A program made the translations under genes and the position numbers. Source: Alphaproteobacteria bacterium (lineage in GTDB: Bacteria > Pseudomonadota > Alphaproteobacteria > Sphingomonadales > SMXR01). Taken from it: a DNA stretch of 43,320 bases. The notes below the pieces were generated by a model. The model ran no database searches, was not told the DNA's origin, and worked only from the letters and a program-made list of their open reading frames with translations. Below, in pieces: positions 8,301 to 18,081 of the stretch; positions within the stretch are counted from its first letter, which is position 1; every line of letters begins with the position of its first letter. The stretch lies in NCBI GenBank assembly GCA_004356215.1, contig SMXR01000032.1, positions 1-43,320 of the forward strand, read 5' to 3'.

Positions 8301-11300
8301 ATGAAACTTACACGTTCAAGTCTGGCAAATCCTGCGGTGGTCGCGGTTATCGCCGCTGTCCTGTTGCTTATGGGGGTGGTTACCCTTTTCAAACTGCCGG
8401 TGCAATTGTTACCGAATGTCGAAAAATCCTTCATCACGGTATTTACCCAGTGGCGATCCGCCGCCCCCAGCGAGATTGAATCAGAAATTACCGACCAACT
8501 TGAAGAAGTTCTTCTGGGCATCCCGGGCCTGGAAGAAATGACCAGCACCTCTTCCGCCGGGTTCAGTTTTATTGGCCTGAAGTTTGGTATAGAAGCCAAC
8601 CAGACGCAAAACCTGATCGAAGTGATCAGCCGCATGAACCGGCTGAAACCGCTGCCCGCGGACGCCGACCCGCCGCAGGTTTTCCTTGGCAATTTCGGCG
8701 ATGATTCCCAAGCCTTGATGTGGTTTTTTGTCCAGATGTTGCCGGGCGAAGAACGCAACCCGGTAGCACTTTATGATTATTTTGAAAATGTCATTGTTCC
8801 TCAAATCGAACAGATTCCAGGAGTGACCGGATCCAACCTTTATTCCAGTTGGGGCACCGGGCAGGAATTGCAAATCATAATCGACCCCTACAAGGTTGCC
8901 GCCCTTGGGATAGACCTGACAGAGGTAGCGTTGCGGGCCAGCCGCTCCTCAGATATTTCCGGCGGCTTTCTGGATGTCGGCCGCCGTCAGTATGCGCTGA
9001 GGTTCAAAGGCAAGTTCGAGGCTGATACTCTGCCAAACTTGGTTATTGCTTTTCGCAATGGCCTGCCGATTTATCTATCTGAAGTGGCGACCATCAATGT
9101 TGGCCCGGGGCGGCCTTCGGGGGTTATTTACCAGAATGGCAACCTGGCTTTTGCCTTCCAGTTATTGAAAGACAAAAACACCAACGTGCTGAAGACCCTG
9201 AAGGCAGTGAAGGCCAAGGCCAATGAATTAAATGAAACGGTTTTGAAGAACAAAGGTTTGTTCATGGCCCGGTCCTACGATCCTTCGGTCTTTATCAATC
9301 GGGCAATAAATCTTTTAAGCGGCAATCTGGCTTTGGGACTAATGTTTGCGATTGGAATTTTGTGGTGGTTTCTGCGTGAGAAAAAAGCTGTCGCAATTAT
9401 CACCCTGGCGGTACCGATCTCGCTGATGACCACGATTATTGTGCTGGGCCTGTTGGGGCGCAGTATTAATGTCATCACCCTGGCCGGTCTGGCTTTTGCC
9501 ACCGGCCTGATCATGGATGCGGCAATTGTGGTGATGGAGAATATTGTCCGCCACCGCGAAAAGAAAATTGCAAAAGAAGAGGCCAGCGACAAAGGCGCAA
9601 CCCAGGTCTGGGGGGCATTGCTGGCTTCAACCACGACAACAGTGATCATATTCCTACCGGTCATGTTCCTGGAAGATGTAGAAGGTCAACTGTTTATGGA
9701 TCTGGCATTAACCATGGCTATCAGCGTATCAGTTTCTCTTATTACCGCGATGACAATCCTGCCAACGATCTCCGCAAAATGGCTGACGGGCATCCCCAAT
9801 GTTGATCTTCATGCCCGGTTCTGGGACGGGATAACCGGAAAACTTATGTCCCTGACGAATACCAGAAAAAAACAAATCGGCTGGATCGGCGGGTTGATGA
9901 GCATTTCAATCGCCCTGACAATTTTCCTGATGCCCAGCATGGATTACCTGCCGACGCTGAAGGATGACCGGGTAGATGCTTTTTTCCTGGCGCCGCCAGG
10001 GATAACCACCAAGGCTTTGGATGAAGAGCTTGCCAAGCCGATCATGGAAAGATTGAGCCCCTATATGTCCGGGGAAAAGGAACCGAAACTGGAAAATTAT
10101 TATTTTGCCTCGTTCGGATCGGCTTTCGTTTTTATGGGCGTGCGGGCGGAAGATGAAAATCAGGTCGGCGAGCTTGAGCGCATTATGCGTGAGGAAATTA
10201 CGGTCGATTTTCCCGACACCTTTGCTTTTGTTCAACGGGCCAACCTATTTGGAGGATTTAGTTCCTCTGGCAGCATACTTGTCCATATGCAATCGGCTGA
10301 CCAGGAGGCCTTGAAAGAAGCAGCCATTACCGGCATGGAGATTATGCGTCAAAAATTTCCTGGCGCCAATGTCAATGCCAACCCCAATCCATTCAGCACA
10401 TCGCCTGAAATTCAATTGCAACCAAACGATCGCCAAATCACAGAAGTTGGCTGGACCCGGCGCAGCCTTGGCAGTATTGTGCAAATTTTAGGGGACGGTC
10501 TGTGGCTGGGTGAACATTTTGACGGCGAAACCCGCCTTGATATTATCCTCAAATCACAAACCTTGCCGGATCCCGAAACCATCGTTTCAATCCCGGTCGC
10601 CACCCCCCGGGCCGGGGTCGTTACCCTGGGTAATCTGGTCGAATTTAAACGTGTCGCCGGGCCCCAGCAAATCCAGCGCGTAAACGGCCGGCGGACAACC
10701 ACCCTGGTCATTAATCCTCCTGATGGGCTGGCTTTGGAAGAAGTCCTTGAGGTTTTACAGGAAGAGGTAGAGCCTGAGCTGATAGCAATGTTACCCGCTG
10801 ATGCTAATATAACCTATGGCGGCAGCGCCGATGACCTGGGCCGGGCGGTAAACACATTGTTGAACAATTTCCTGCTGGCTTTCTTTTTACTGTTTATGAT
10901 TATGGCCGCCCTGTTCCGGTCTTTGAAGGATAGCTTTCTGGTGCTTATTTCGGTGCCGTTAGCGACCGTTGGCGGTGTCGCTGCTCTTAAAATTCTAAAC
11001 TTAATTTCATTCCAGGCCATGGATCTGCTGGCGATGATCGGGTTTGTTATCCTCCTCGGTCTGGTGGTTAACAACGCCATTTTGCTTGTGGTGCAAACCC
11101 GGCGCAGCCAAGCCCGCGGCCTGGATTTGCAAAATGCAATCAAACGTGCACTGCGGTTGCGCTTGCGGCCGATTTTCATGAGTACCCTGACCAGCATTTT
11201 CGGCATGATGCCGCTGCTACTTTTTCCGGGCGAGGGCAGTGTCATTTACCGCGGCATGGCGGCGGTGATTGTCGGCGGTATGAGTGTCTCAACGATATTT

Positions 11301-11411
11301 ACGCTGTTGTTACTGCCTTCACTGCTGCAGATCGCCGGGGCCAGCCATCACGACACCGAATTCAGTTTTTGGAAAATGAAAAACTGGAGAAAATCGGCAC
11401 CCGCTGAATAA
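8301..11411 (+). CDS. RND efflux transporter permease (AcrB/MdtB/MdtC superfamily), paralog 1
   Basis: 1036 aa. The N-terminal TM1 followed by a periplasmic domain (LPVQLLPNVE...), 12-TM layout, and conserved TM4 region AGLAFATGLIMDAAIVVMENI are typical of RND pumps. Confidence 0.9.
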   Translation: MKLTRSSLANPAVVAVIAAVLLLMGVVTLFKLPVQLLPNVEKSFITVFTQWRSAAPSEIESEITDQLEEVLLGIPGLEEMTSTSSAGFSFIGLKFGIEANQTQNLIEVISRMNRLKPLPADADPPQVFLGNFGDDSQALMWFFVQMLPGEERNPVALYDYFENVIVPQIEQIPGVTGSNLYSSWGTGQELQIIIDPYKVAALGIDLTEVALRASRSSDISGGFLDVGRRQYALRFKGKFEADTLPNLVIAFRNGLPIYLSEVATINVGPGRPSGVIYQNGNLAFAFQLLKDKNTNVLKTLKAVKAKANELNETVLKNKGLFMARSYDPSVFINRAINLLSGNLALGLMFAIGILWWFLREKKAVAIITLAVPISLMTTIIVLGLLGRSINVITLAGLAFATGLIMDAAIVVMENIVRHREKKIAKEEASDKGATQVWGALLASTTTTVIIFLPVMFLEDVEGQLFMDLALTMAISVSVSLITAMTILPTISAKWLTGIPNVDLHARFWDGITGKLMSLTNTRKKQIGWIGGLMSISIALTIFLMPSMDYLPTLKDDRVDAFFLAPPGITTKALDEELAKPIMERLSPYMSGEKEPKLENYYFASFGSAFVFMGVRAEDENQVGELERIMREEITVDFPDTFAFVQRANLFGGFSSSGSILVHMQSADQEALKEAAITGMEIMRQKFPGANVNANPNPFSTSPEIQLQPNDRQITEVGWTRRSLGSIVQILGDGLWLGEHFDGETRLDIILKSQTLPDPETIVSIPVATPRAGVVTLGNLVEFKRVAGPQQIQRVNGRRTTTLVINPPDGLALEEVLEVLQEEVEPELIAMLPADANITYGGSADDLGRAVNTLLNNFLLAFFLLFMIMAALFRSLKDSFLVLISVPLATVGGVAALKILNLISFQAMDLLAMIGFVILLGLVVNNAILLVVQTRRSQARGLDLQNAIKRALRLRLRPIFMSTLTSIFGMMPLLLFPGEGSVIYRGMAAVIVGGMSVSTIFTLLLLPSLLQIAGASHHDTEFSFWKMKNWRKSAPAE

Positions 11412-11574
11412 CCTCATTGTCTAATCTTGAGAGTAACCTGTCATTTATCGCAGGAATGCCACAAACCATCGCATTTGAGTTTTTTATCCCGATATAAAAA
11501 TATAAGCAAAGGGTTAGCCCTAAGCGGCACGTATAATTAAAAAATAACAAAACAAGACACGACAGGGGACATCG

Positions 11575-14500
11575 ATGAAACTCACCCAAAACAGTTTGAA
11601 AAATCCTTCAGCGGTTGCTGTAGTCGCCGCCATAATTTTGTTATTGGGGGTGTTTTCCCTGTTTAAGCTGCCGGTGCAGTTGTTCCCTAATATCGAACAG
11701 CCGCAAATCGGTATTCAGACCTTTTGGCGTTCCGCCGCCCCTTCTGAGATGGAATCAGAGATCGTCAAGCCGCTCGAAGAAGTGATGCAAGGTATTCCTG
11801 GCCTGGAGGAAATGCGCACCTTTTCCAACCAGGGCTCGTCCTGGGTTAATCTGGAATTTTCCCTTGAAGCCGATATGGACAAAGCAATGCTGGAAGTGAT
11901 CAGCCGGCTTAACCGGCTGCCACCGATGCCGGCGGATTCCACCCCACCCACTGTTATGTTTGGCGGCTTTGGCGGCGCCAACGAATCCTTGATCTGGTAT
12001 TTTGCCCAGAATCTGGAAGGCGACGAACCTTTATCGCCCGCCAAGCTGCAATTCCTGAGTGATTACGTTGCTCCCCGGCTGGAAGCCATTGAAGGGGTGG
12101 CGGGTGTCAATATACAGGATTACACCAGCAACGGTGATCAGCTTCAAATAATTTTTGACCCTTATCTGGCCGCCGACCTTGGCATCGATATAACCAACAT
12201 TGCCGGGCGCGTAGGCCGCACGGCTGATGTTTCAGGCGGTATCATGGATGTCGGAAAACGACAGTATACGCTGCGCTTCAAGGGCGGGTACAACCCCGAA
12301 CAGCTGTTGGGAATTATCCTTGATACCCGCAACGGCCAGCCGATCCGGCTTGGCGATATCGCCACCGTAAAAATTGGCGATGGCCGCCAGACCGGTTTTG
12401 GTTACCAGAATGGCCGTCCGGCGGTTGGTTTCCAGATTTTGAAAGCATCCGGGGCAAACGTTTTGACCACCCTTGCTGAAGTCAAGGCAACCATCGAAGA
12501 GCTGAACCAGACCATATTGCCGGCCCAGGGGCTGCAAATGGATAAATCGTTCGACCCATCTGTTTTTATCAAACGCGCGATTAATATGCTAAGCGGCAAC
12601 CTGGCGCTTGGTATTATGCTGGCGATTGGCGCCTTGTGGTGGTTCCTGCGCCAGATGCGCGCGACACTTTTAATCGCCCTGGCTATTCCGGTTTCGATCC
12701 TGGCCACCTTTGTGGTGTTGGGCATGGCCGGACGCTCGTTTAATGTTATCTCGCTGGCCGGGCTCGCTTTTGCCACCGGCATGGTTTTGGATGCGGCCAT
12801 TATTGTCCTGGAAAATATTGTCAGGCTGCGTGAAAACAAAGTGGCCAACAATGAAGCCTGTGACAAGGGCGCCACCCAGGTGTGGGGAGCTTTGCTGGCT
12901 TCAACCGCTACCACGGTCGCCATCTTTATCCCGGTGATTTTCATGAAAGGCGTTGAAGGCCAGCTTTTTGCAGACCTGGCGCTGACGATCGCGATTGCGG
13001 TCTCTATTTCATTATTTGTTGCCGTGACAATCCTGCCCGCCGCGGCCAGCCGGTGGTTGCCTAAACTGCCTGCGAGCAACCTTCGCCGCGAACGCTGGAA
13101 TAAATTGGCTAATCGCATTATTTCGCTAACCGGGCGGGGCTGGAAACGCTTTGCCTGGATCGGTGGCCTTTTGACGGTACCGGTAATCATTACTTTCCTG
13201 ATTTTGCCGCCGCTGAATTACCTGCCGCCGGTGAAACGGGACGCGGTTGACGGCTTTTTCTCATTCCCCTCTGGCATAAATGCCGCGACCATGGACCGCG
13301 AGGTCGCCAAGGTGATCGTTGAACGCCTTGACCCCTATCTGAAGGGCGAAAAAGAACCAGCGCTGTTGAACTATTATCTTTTGACCTGGCCGGGCTCAAA
13401 CGGTGCCGGGGTGGGCATCCGTCCCAAGGACATGACCCGGATCAAGGAGCTTGAAGACATTGTAAATAATGAAATTCTGGCAGGGTTCCCTGATGTTGTC
13501 GCCTTTGCCCAGCAGGGCAACCTGTTTGGCGGTTTTGGCGGCAGCGAAAACATTCAGGTTCATATCCAGTCAGCGGATATGGAAGCCGTCAAGGAAGCCG
13601 CGTTGCAGGGTTTACAGATTATCAGGTCGACATTCCCAGGCGCCAATGTCCAGGCCAACCCGGATCCAAACATTGTTGCCCCGGTCTTGCAACTAACCCC
13701 CAAGGACGACCGCATCAATGAGATTGGCTGGAACCGTACCCAAACCGCACAAGTGGTTCAGGCGTTGGGCAATGGCCTGTGGCTGGGGGAACATTTTGAT
13801 GGGGAAAACCGGCTCGACATTATTTTAAAAGCCACGACCTGGGATACCCCTGAAGCGCTGGAAAGCATTCCACTCGCCACCCCGTCCGGGGCGGTGGTGC
13901 CGTTGTCCAACCTGGTGGACGTCACCCGGACGGTTGGGCCAACCTTTATCCAGCGGGTCGAAGGGCGCCGGACCTTTACCTTGAATTTTAATCCCCCCGA
14001 TGGCATGCCCCTTGAAGAGGCTCTGGCCATCATGAAAAAGGATGTTGAGCCGCAAATCCGGGCCATCCTTCCCTCTGATGGCACCATTACCTATGGCGGC
14101 AGCGCCGATGCCCTGGACCGGGCGGTTACCTCGCTGGGCCTTAACTTTATTATTGCATTGGGTTTGCTGTTCATGATTATGGCCGCCCTGTTTCGCTCAG
14201 TGAAAGATTCCTTCCTGGTGTTGATTTCGATCCCGCTGGCCACCGTTGGCGGGGTTGCCGCGATCCAGATTTTGAACCTGTTCACATTCCAGCCGTTGGA
14301 TTTGCTGACCATGATCGGGTTTATCATCCTGCTGGGGCTGGTGGTTAACAACGCCATCCTGCTGGTGATGCAAACCCGGGCCGGACAGCGCAAAGGCCTG
14401 ACCGCGACCGAAGGCGTCCGCGAAGCCTTGAAATTACGGCTGCGGCCAATTTTCATGAGCACCACGACCAGCCTCTTGGGCATGCTGCCGCTGCTTCTTA

Positions 14501-14688
14501 TCCCCAGTGTCGGCAGCGCCATTTATCGCGGCATGGCGGCAGCGATAGTTGGCGGCATGAGCGTTTCCACCATATTCACGTTGATTTTGCTGCCCAGTCT
14601 GTTGCAGATGGAAAGGCAGGATTTCCGGTATGCCTTCAACAAAATTTTCAGGCGTGGCGCGGCTTACAAGGGCCAGCCCGCAGAATAA
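11575..14688 (+). CDS. RND efflux transporter permease, paralog 2
   Basis: 1037 aa, collinear with the upstream paralog. Shared blocks: SAAPSE.ESEI, GIPGLEEM, DPSVFI.RAIN.LSGNLALG, DKGATQVWGALLAST, LGEHFDGE.RLDIILK, RLRPIFMST, YRGMAA.IVGGMSVSTIFTL.LLPSLLQ. Confidence 0.9.
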   Translation: MKLTQNSLKNPSAVAVVAAIILLLGVFSLFKLPVQLFPNIEQPQIGIQTFWRSAAPSEMESEIVKPLEEVMQGIPGLEEMRTFSNQGSSWVNLEFSLEADMDKAMLEVISRLNRLPPMPADSTPPTVMFGGFGGANESLIWYFAQNLEGDEPLSPAKLQFLSDYVAPRLEAIEGVAGVNIQDYTSNGDQLQIIFDPYLAADLGIDITNIAGRVGRTADVSGGIMDVGKRQYTLRFKGGYNPEQLLGIILDTRNGQPIRLGDIATVKIGDGRQTGFGYQNGRPAVGFQILKASGANVLTTLAEVKATIEELNQTILPAQGLQMDKSFDPSVFIKRAINMLSGNLALGIMLAIGALWWFLRQMRATLLIALAIPVSILATFVVLGMAGRSFNVISLAGLAFATGMVLDAAIIVLENIVRLRENKVANNEACDKGATQVWGALLASTATTVAIFIPVIFMKGVEGQLFADLALTIAIAVSISLFVAVTILPAAASRWLPKLPASNLRRERWNKLANRIISLTGRGWKRFAWIGGLLTVPVIITFLILPPLNYLPPVKRDAVDGFFSFPSGINAATMDREVAKVIVERLDPYLKGEKEPALLNYYLLTWPGSNGAGVGIRPKDMTRIKELEDIVNNEILAGFPDVVAFAQQGNLFGGFGGSENIQVHIQSADMEAVKEAALQGLQIIRSTFPGANVQANPDPNIVAPVLQLTPKDDRINEIGWNRTQTAQVVQALGNGLWLGEHFDGENRLDIILKATTWDTPEALESIPLATPSGAVVPLSNLVDVTRTVGPTFIQRVEGRRTFTLNFNPPDGMPLEEALAIMKKDVEPQIRAILPSDGTITYGGSADALDRAVTSLGLNFIIALGLLFMIMAALFRSVKDSFLVLISIPLATVGGVAAIQILNLFTFQPLDLLTMIGFIILLGLVVNNAILLVMQTRAGQRKGLTATEGVREALKLRLRPIFMSTTTSLLGMLPLLLIPSVGSAIYRGMAAAIVGGMSVSTIFTLILLPSLLQMERQDFRYAFNKIFRRGAAYKGQPAE

Positions 14689-14758
14689 GAAGAATAAGCA
14701 GAATAATTGGAAAAAACCGGTAAACCCCCTATATTGGGAAAAGTGAAGGATTGATAAA

Positions 14759-15778
14759 ATGAAAACACTGGCTTTAAAATGGATTTTGGCGCTGGCTCTG
14801 GTTTTGAGCTTTGGCTTGGAAGCCGCAGCCCAGCAGGGCGAACCGCCGCCGGCCAGGGTGGTGACCGTTGAAATTCAAAAACGCTTGCTGGTGCCACAAA
14901 TGCAGGTGCCAGGAACCGTTGTCAGTAAAAACGATTCACGCATTTCAGCTGAAATTACAGGCCGCATTATGGCCATCGCCGAGGTCGGCGACACTTTTAT
15001 TGCGGGTGATGTCATTGCCCGGATTGATGACCGCTTTTATCTCGCCCAGGTCAAGCGGATGGAAGCTGATCTTAGGCAGAAGAACCAGAATTTGAGCCGG
15101 ATTGAGGAATTGACATCCTCGCAATTTTCTTCGGTTAGCAACCTGGAACTGGCCACCGCCGACCGGGATATTGCCGAGGCCACACTGGACCAGGCCAAGT
15201 ACGACCTGGAACGCACCAAAATCCGGGCGCCGTTCTCCGGTGTTGTGGTTGAACGCCTGAGCCAGGCTGGTGAATATGCCACGGTAGGCACTGTGATTGT
15301 CCGGCTGGTTGACACCCATAACATTGAAATTTCAGCCCGTGTCCCGATCTCTTCTGCGCCGTATCTCGAAGACTTGGCCGAGGTTTTTGTCTCCGAAGGT
15401 TTGGACGGATTAAAACTGCCAGTACGCGCGGTGGTGCCGGTCGGTGATGAACGTTCACGGATGATGGAAATTCGCATTTCACTTTCAGAAGGCAACTGGG
15501 TTGTCGGTACTGCGGTGAAGGTGGATATACCTTCCGGTCCTGCCCTGGAAGTTCTGGCGGTGCCCCGTGATGCCCTGATTTTGCGCTCCAACAATATTTA
15601 CCTGTTTACCGTCGATGCCGACAACATCGCCAAGCGGATTTCGATCCGGATCGGTGCCGCCAGCGGCGATTACGTTGAAGTGATCGGCGATGTTCCCGAA
15701 GGGGTTCAGGTGGTGGTGCGCGGCGGCGAACGCCTGCGTGAAGGTCAAAAGGTTGCGGCGCTGGGCGATAACCTTTAA
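14759..15778 (+). CDS. Efflux RND periplasmic adaptor (membrane fusion protein, HlyD/AcrA family)
   Basis: 339 aa. Signal peptide MKTLALKWILALALVLSFGLEAAAQ. Lipoyl/hairpin pattern (ISAEITGRI...GD.IARIDD ... KIRAPFSGVVVER), followed by beta-barrel and MP domains. Confidence 0.85.
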   Translation: MKTLALKWILALALVLSFGLEAAAQQGEPPPARVVTVEIQKRLLVPQMQVPGTVVSKNDSRISAEITGRIMAIAEVGDTFIAGDVIARIDDRFYLAQVKRMEADLRQKNQNLSRIEELTSSQFSSVSNLELATADRDIAEATLDQAKYDLERTKIRAPFSGVVVERLSQAGEYATVGTVIVRLVDTHNIEISARVPISSAPYLEDLAEVFVSEGLDGLKLPVRAVVPVGDERSRMMEIRISLSEGNWVVGTAVKVDIPSGPALEVLAVPRDALILRSNNIYLFTVDADNIAKRISIRIGAASGDYVEVIGDVPEGVQVVVRGGERLREGQKVAALGDNL

Positions 15779-15860
15779 CATTTTCCTGGATATTTGAACA
15801 ACCGGCTGGCTTATTCTGATCGGCCAGCCACAGGAACTTGTGGGACTTGGAGCCGGGGCA

Positions 15861-17000
15861 ATGATTTCTGAAGAGGAAACCAACCAGACAACAGACACGG
15901 CCGCGGAACTTGAAATCCCGGATTTGCTGAAATCCGGATTCTTTGAGAACAAGGCCAGGGCGTTCTGGGTTTTGCAAACCTTGGGTTGGCTGGCCTACGG
16001 GTTCTTGAGGCTTTTTAACGGTCTTGCCCAGGGCCGCGATTTTGAATACTGGAAACCGTCGGCGGTGGCCATGATCACCGGCTTTTTAATCACCCTTTTT
16101 TACCGCCAGATTTTAAGACGGATCAGAACCCGGCCTTTGCAAGTTGTGGTGTTCACGGTGATTTTCACATCTGTTTTTTTCTCGTTGATTTTTTCCGCAA
16201 TCGAGACCCTTGGCCATGTCACGTTTTATGAAATTGGCTGGACCCCGGAATTTACCGAACTTTTTGGCAACGCCATGATCGATATTTACATCCTGACCAG
16301 CTGGGCGGCGTTGTACCTGATTATCAATTATTCACTGATGATCCAGGAAGAGCGGGAAAAAGCCCTGCTGGCCACCAGCATGGCCCACCAGGCCCAACTC
16401 AAGATGCTCCGCTATCAGCTTAATCCGCATTTTTTGTTCAATACCCTGAACGCAATCTCTTCCCTGGTGCTGATCAAGAAATATGAAAAGGCCAATGGCA
16501 TGCTTGGCAAGCTGTCGTCTTTCTTGCGCTATTCGCTGGTCAACCAGCCGACCCAGAAAACCACCTTCGAGCAGGAACTTCATGCCCTGAAGCTTTACCT
16601 TGATATTGAAAAGGTCCGCTTCCAGAAGCGTCTGAAAATAGAGTTTAAAATATCCCCGGAGGCCAAGATGGCGCTGATGCCCTCATTGCTGTTGCAGCCT
16701 TTGGTCGAAAACGCCGTCAAATACGCCATCGCGCCTTCTGAAACCGGGGGTGAGATTATCGTCTCAGGCGCCTGTGAGGGTGACAACCTGATCCTGAAAG
16801 TGCGCGACAACGGTCCGGGAATGGGCAAGGAAAAGAAGACCATTTCAAACCTGTCTTCGGGCGTTGGCATTGCCAATATTAAGGCCCGCTTGACCCAGCT
16901 TTATGGAAACAAGCAAAGCTTTACCCTGAAAAATGTCAAACCCAGGGGCCTGGAGGCAAAAATCATCATCCCGTGTGAATATAAAGACAAAGGGGGTTAG
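15861..17000 (+). CDS. LytS/YehU-type sensor histidine kinase (membrane N-domain + His_kinase PF06580 + HATPase_c)
   Basis: Several N-terminal TM helices, then the hallmark LRYQLNPHFLFNTLNAISSLV and the ATPase blocks LLLQPLVENAVKYA, VRDNGPG, GVGIANI. ATG 15861 has a GGAG 8 nt upstream; the ORF track uses GTG 15840. Confidence 0.8.
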   Translation: MISEEETNQTTDTAAELEIPDLLKSGFFENKARAFWVLQTLGWLAYGFLRLFNGLAQGRDFEYWKPSAVAMITGFLITLFYRQILRRIRTRPLQVVVFTVIFTSVFFSLIFSAIETLGHVTFYEIGWTPEFTELFGNAMIDIYILTSWAALYLIINYSLMIQEEREKALLATSMAHQAQLKMLRYQLNPHFLFNTLNAISSLVLIKKYEKANGMLGKLSSFLRYSLVNQPTQKTTFEQELHALKLYLDIEKVRFQKRLKIEFKISPEAKMALMPSLLLQPLVENAVKYAIAPSETGGEIIVSGACEGDNLILKVRDNGPGMGKEKKTISNLSSGVGIANIKARLTQLYGNKQSFTLKNVKPRGLEAKIIIPCEYKDKGG

Positions 17001-17003
17001 GAC

Positions 17004-17816
17004 ATGGCCACCATCAGAACAATCCTGGTCGACGACGAGCCGCTGGCCATTGAAGGCCTGGAAGTGCGCCTGAAGGCATTCAAGGATATTGAGGTCGTCG
17101 CCACCTGCCCCAATGGCAGGAAGGCTATTGAGGTTACCCGCAAGAAAAAACCCGACCTGATTTTCCTTGATATCCAGATGCCCGGCTTTGATGGCTTTGA
17201 TGTCATTCGCTCATTGATCGGCGATTTTATGCCGCTGGTGGTTTTTGTCACCGCTTTTGATCAATATGCCCTGAAGGCGTTCGAGGCCCATGCCCTGGAT
17301 TACTTGCTGAAACCGGTCGACGATGCTTTGCTCAGGCGCACCATCCAGCGCGCCAGAAAAGCGATACAGCAGCGCCGCATCATCGACCAGAACGCCAAAC
17401 TGGTGAACCTGATCGAAAGCATGGAAGATCCCCCCAAGGTGATCTTGTCGGCCATCCTCGAAGACCCGGAAGGGGTTGCCCCAAAAGATGTTTATGAACA
17501 CCATTTGAATATCAAGGACCGCGGGCGCATTACCCGGGTTGATGTCAGCGAGATTGAATATATTGATGCCGCCGGCGATTACATGTGCATCCATACCCCG
17601 GGGAAAACACATATTTTGCGGGCGACAATGAAAGAAATGGATAAACGCCTGGACCCGAAAATGTTCCAGCGCGTCCACCGCTCTGCAATCGTCAACCTTG
17701 ACCGCGTCAAGGAGCTGGTGTCGCACGCCAACGGCGAATACTTTTTGTTTTTGGAGGGTGGTGACCGGGTCAAGGTCAGCCGGTCTTATAAAAACGTCAT
17801 CGGAAGATTTTTATAA
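17004..17816 (+). CDS. LytR/AlgR-family response regulator (REC + LytTR DNA-binding domain)
   Basis: REC motifs ILVDDEP, DLIFLDIQMPG. C-terminal LytTR pattern I.YI.AAGDY..IHT....ILRATMKEMDKRLDP..F.RVHRSAIVNL. It starts 3 nt after the kinase stop. Confidence 0.85.
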   Translation: MATIRTILVDDEPLAIEGLEVRLKAFKDIEVVATCPNGRKAIEVTRKKKPDLIFLDIQMPGFDGFDVIRSLIGDFMPLVVFVTAFDQYALKAFEAHALDYLLKPVDDALLRRTIQRARKAIQQRRIIDQNAKLVNLIESMEDPPKVILSAILEDPEGVAPKDVYEHHLNIKDRGRITRVDVSEIEYIDAAGDYMCIHTPGKTHILRATMKEMDKRLDPKMFQRVHRSAIVNLDRVKELVSHANGEYFLFLEGGDRVKVSRSYKNVIGRFL

Positions 17817-17817
17817 T

Positions 17818-18003
17818 TTAGAGGTCGCCTTTGGGCTCAACAATCTGTTTGCCCTTGTACATACCGGTCTTCAGGTCAACGTGGTGGCGCCGGACCAGTT
17901 CACCGGTGGTGGCGTCTTCCTGAAAATGCGGTTGGCCGAGTTTATCGTGCGAACGGCGCATTCCTCGCCGGGATTTGGAAATTTTTCTCTTTGGAACAGC
18001 CAT
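17818..18003 (-). CDS. rpmF: 50S ribosomal protein L32
   Basis: [20 protein letters not shown] is the canonical bL32 N-terminus; 61 aa. Confidence 0.9.
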   Translation of the reverse strand: MAVPKRKISKSRRGMRRSHDKLGQPHFQEDATTGELVRRHHVDLKTGMYKGKQIVEPKGDL

Positions 18004-18081
18004 TGCCTTATCCTTTCAGTCGTAAGCGAGGCGCACAATATGGCCAAAGGTTTAGAAAATCAAGCTATATAGTATAATTTT

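Noticed and set aside
11514-11527. Identical 14-mer TTAGCCCTAAGCGG upstream of RND paralog 2 (11514-11527) and upstream of the COQ9-like gene (32655-32668).
   Set aside because: In a 43-kb window, several exact 14-mer coincidences are expected by chance when both strands are considered. The distances to the start codons differ (47 vs 8 nt), and there is no palindromic or repeat structure.
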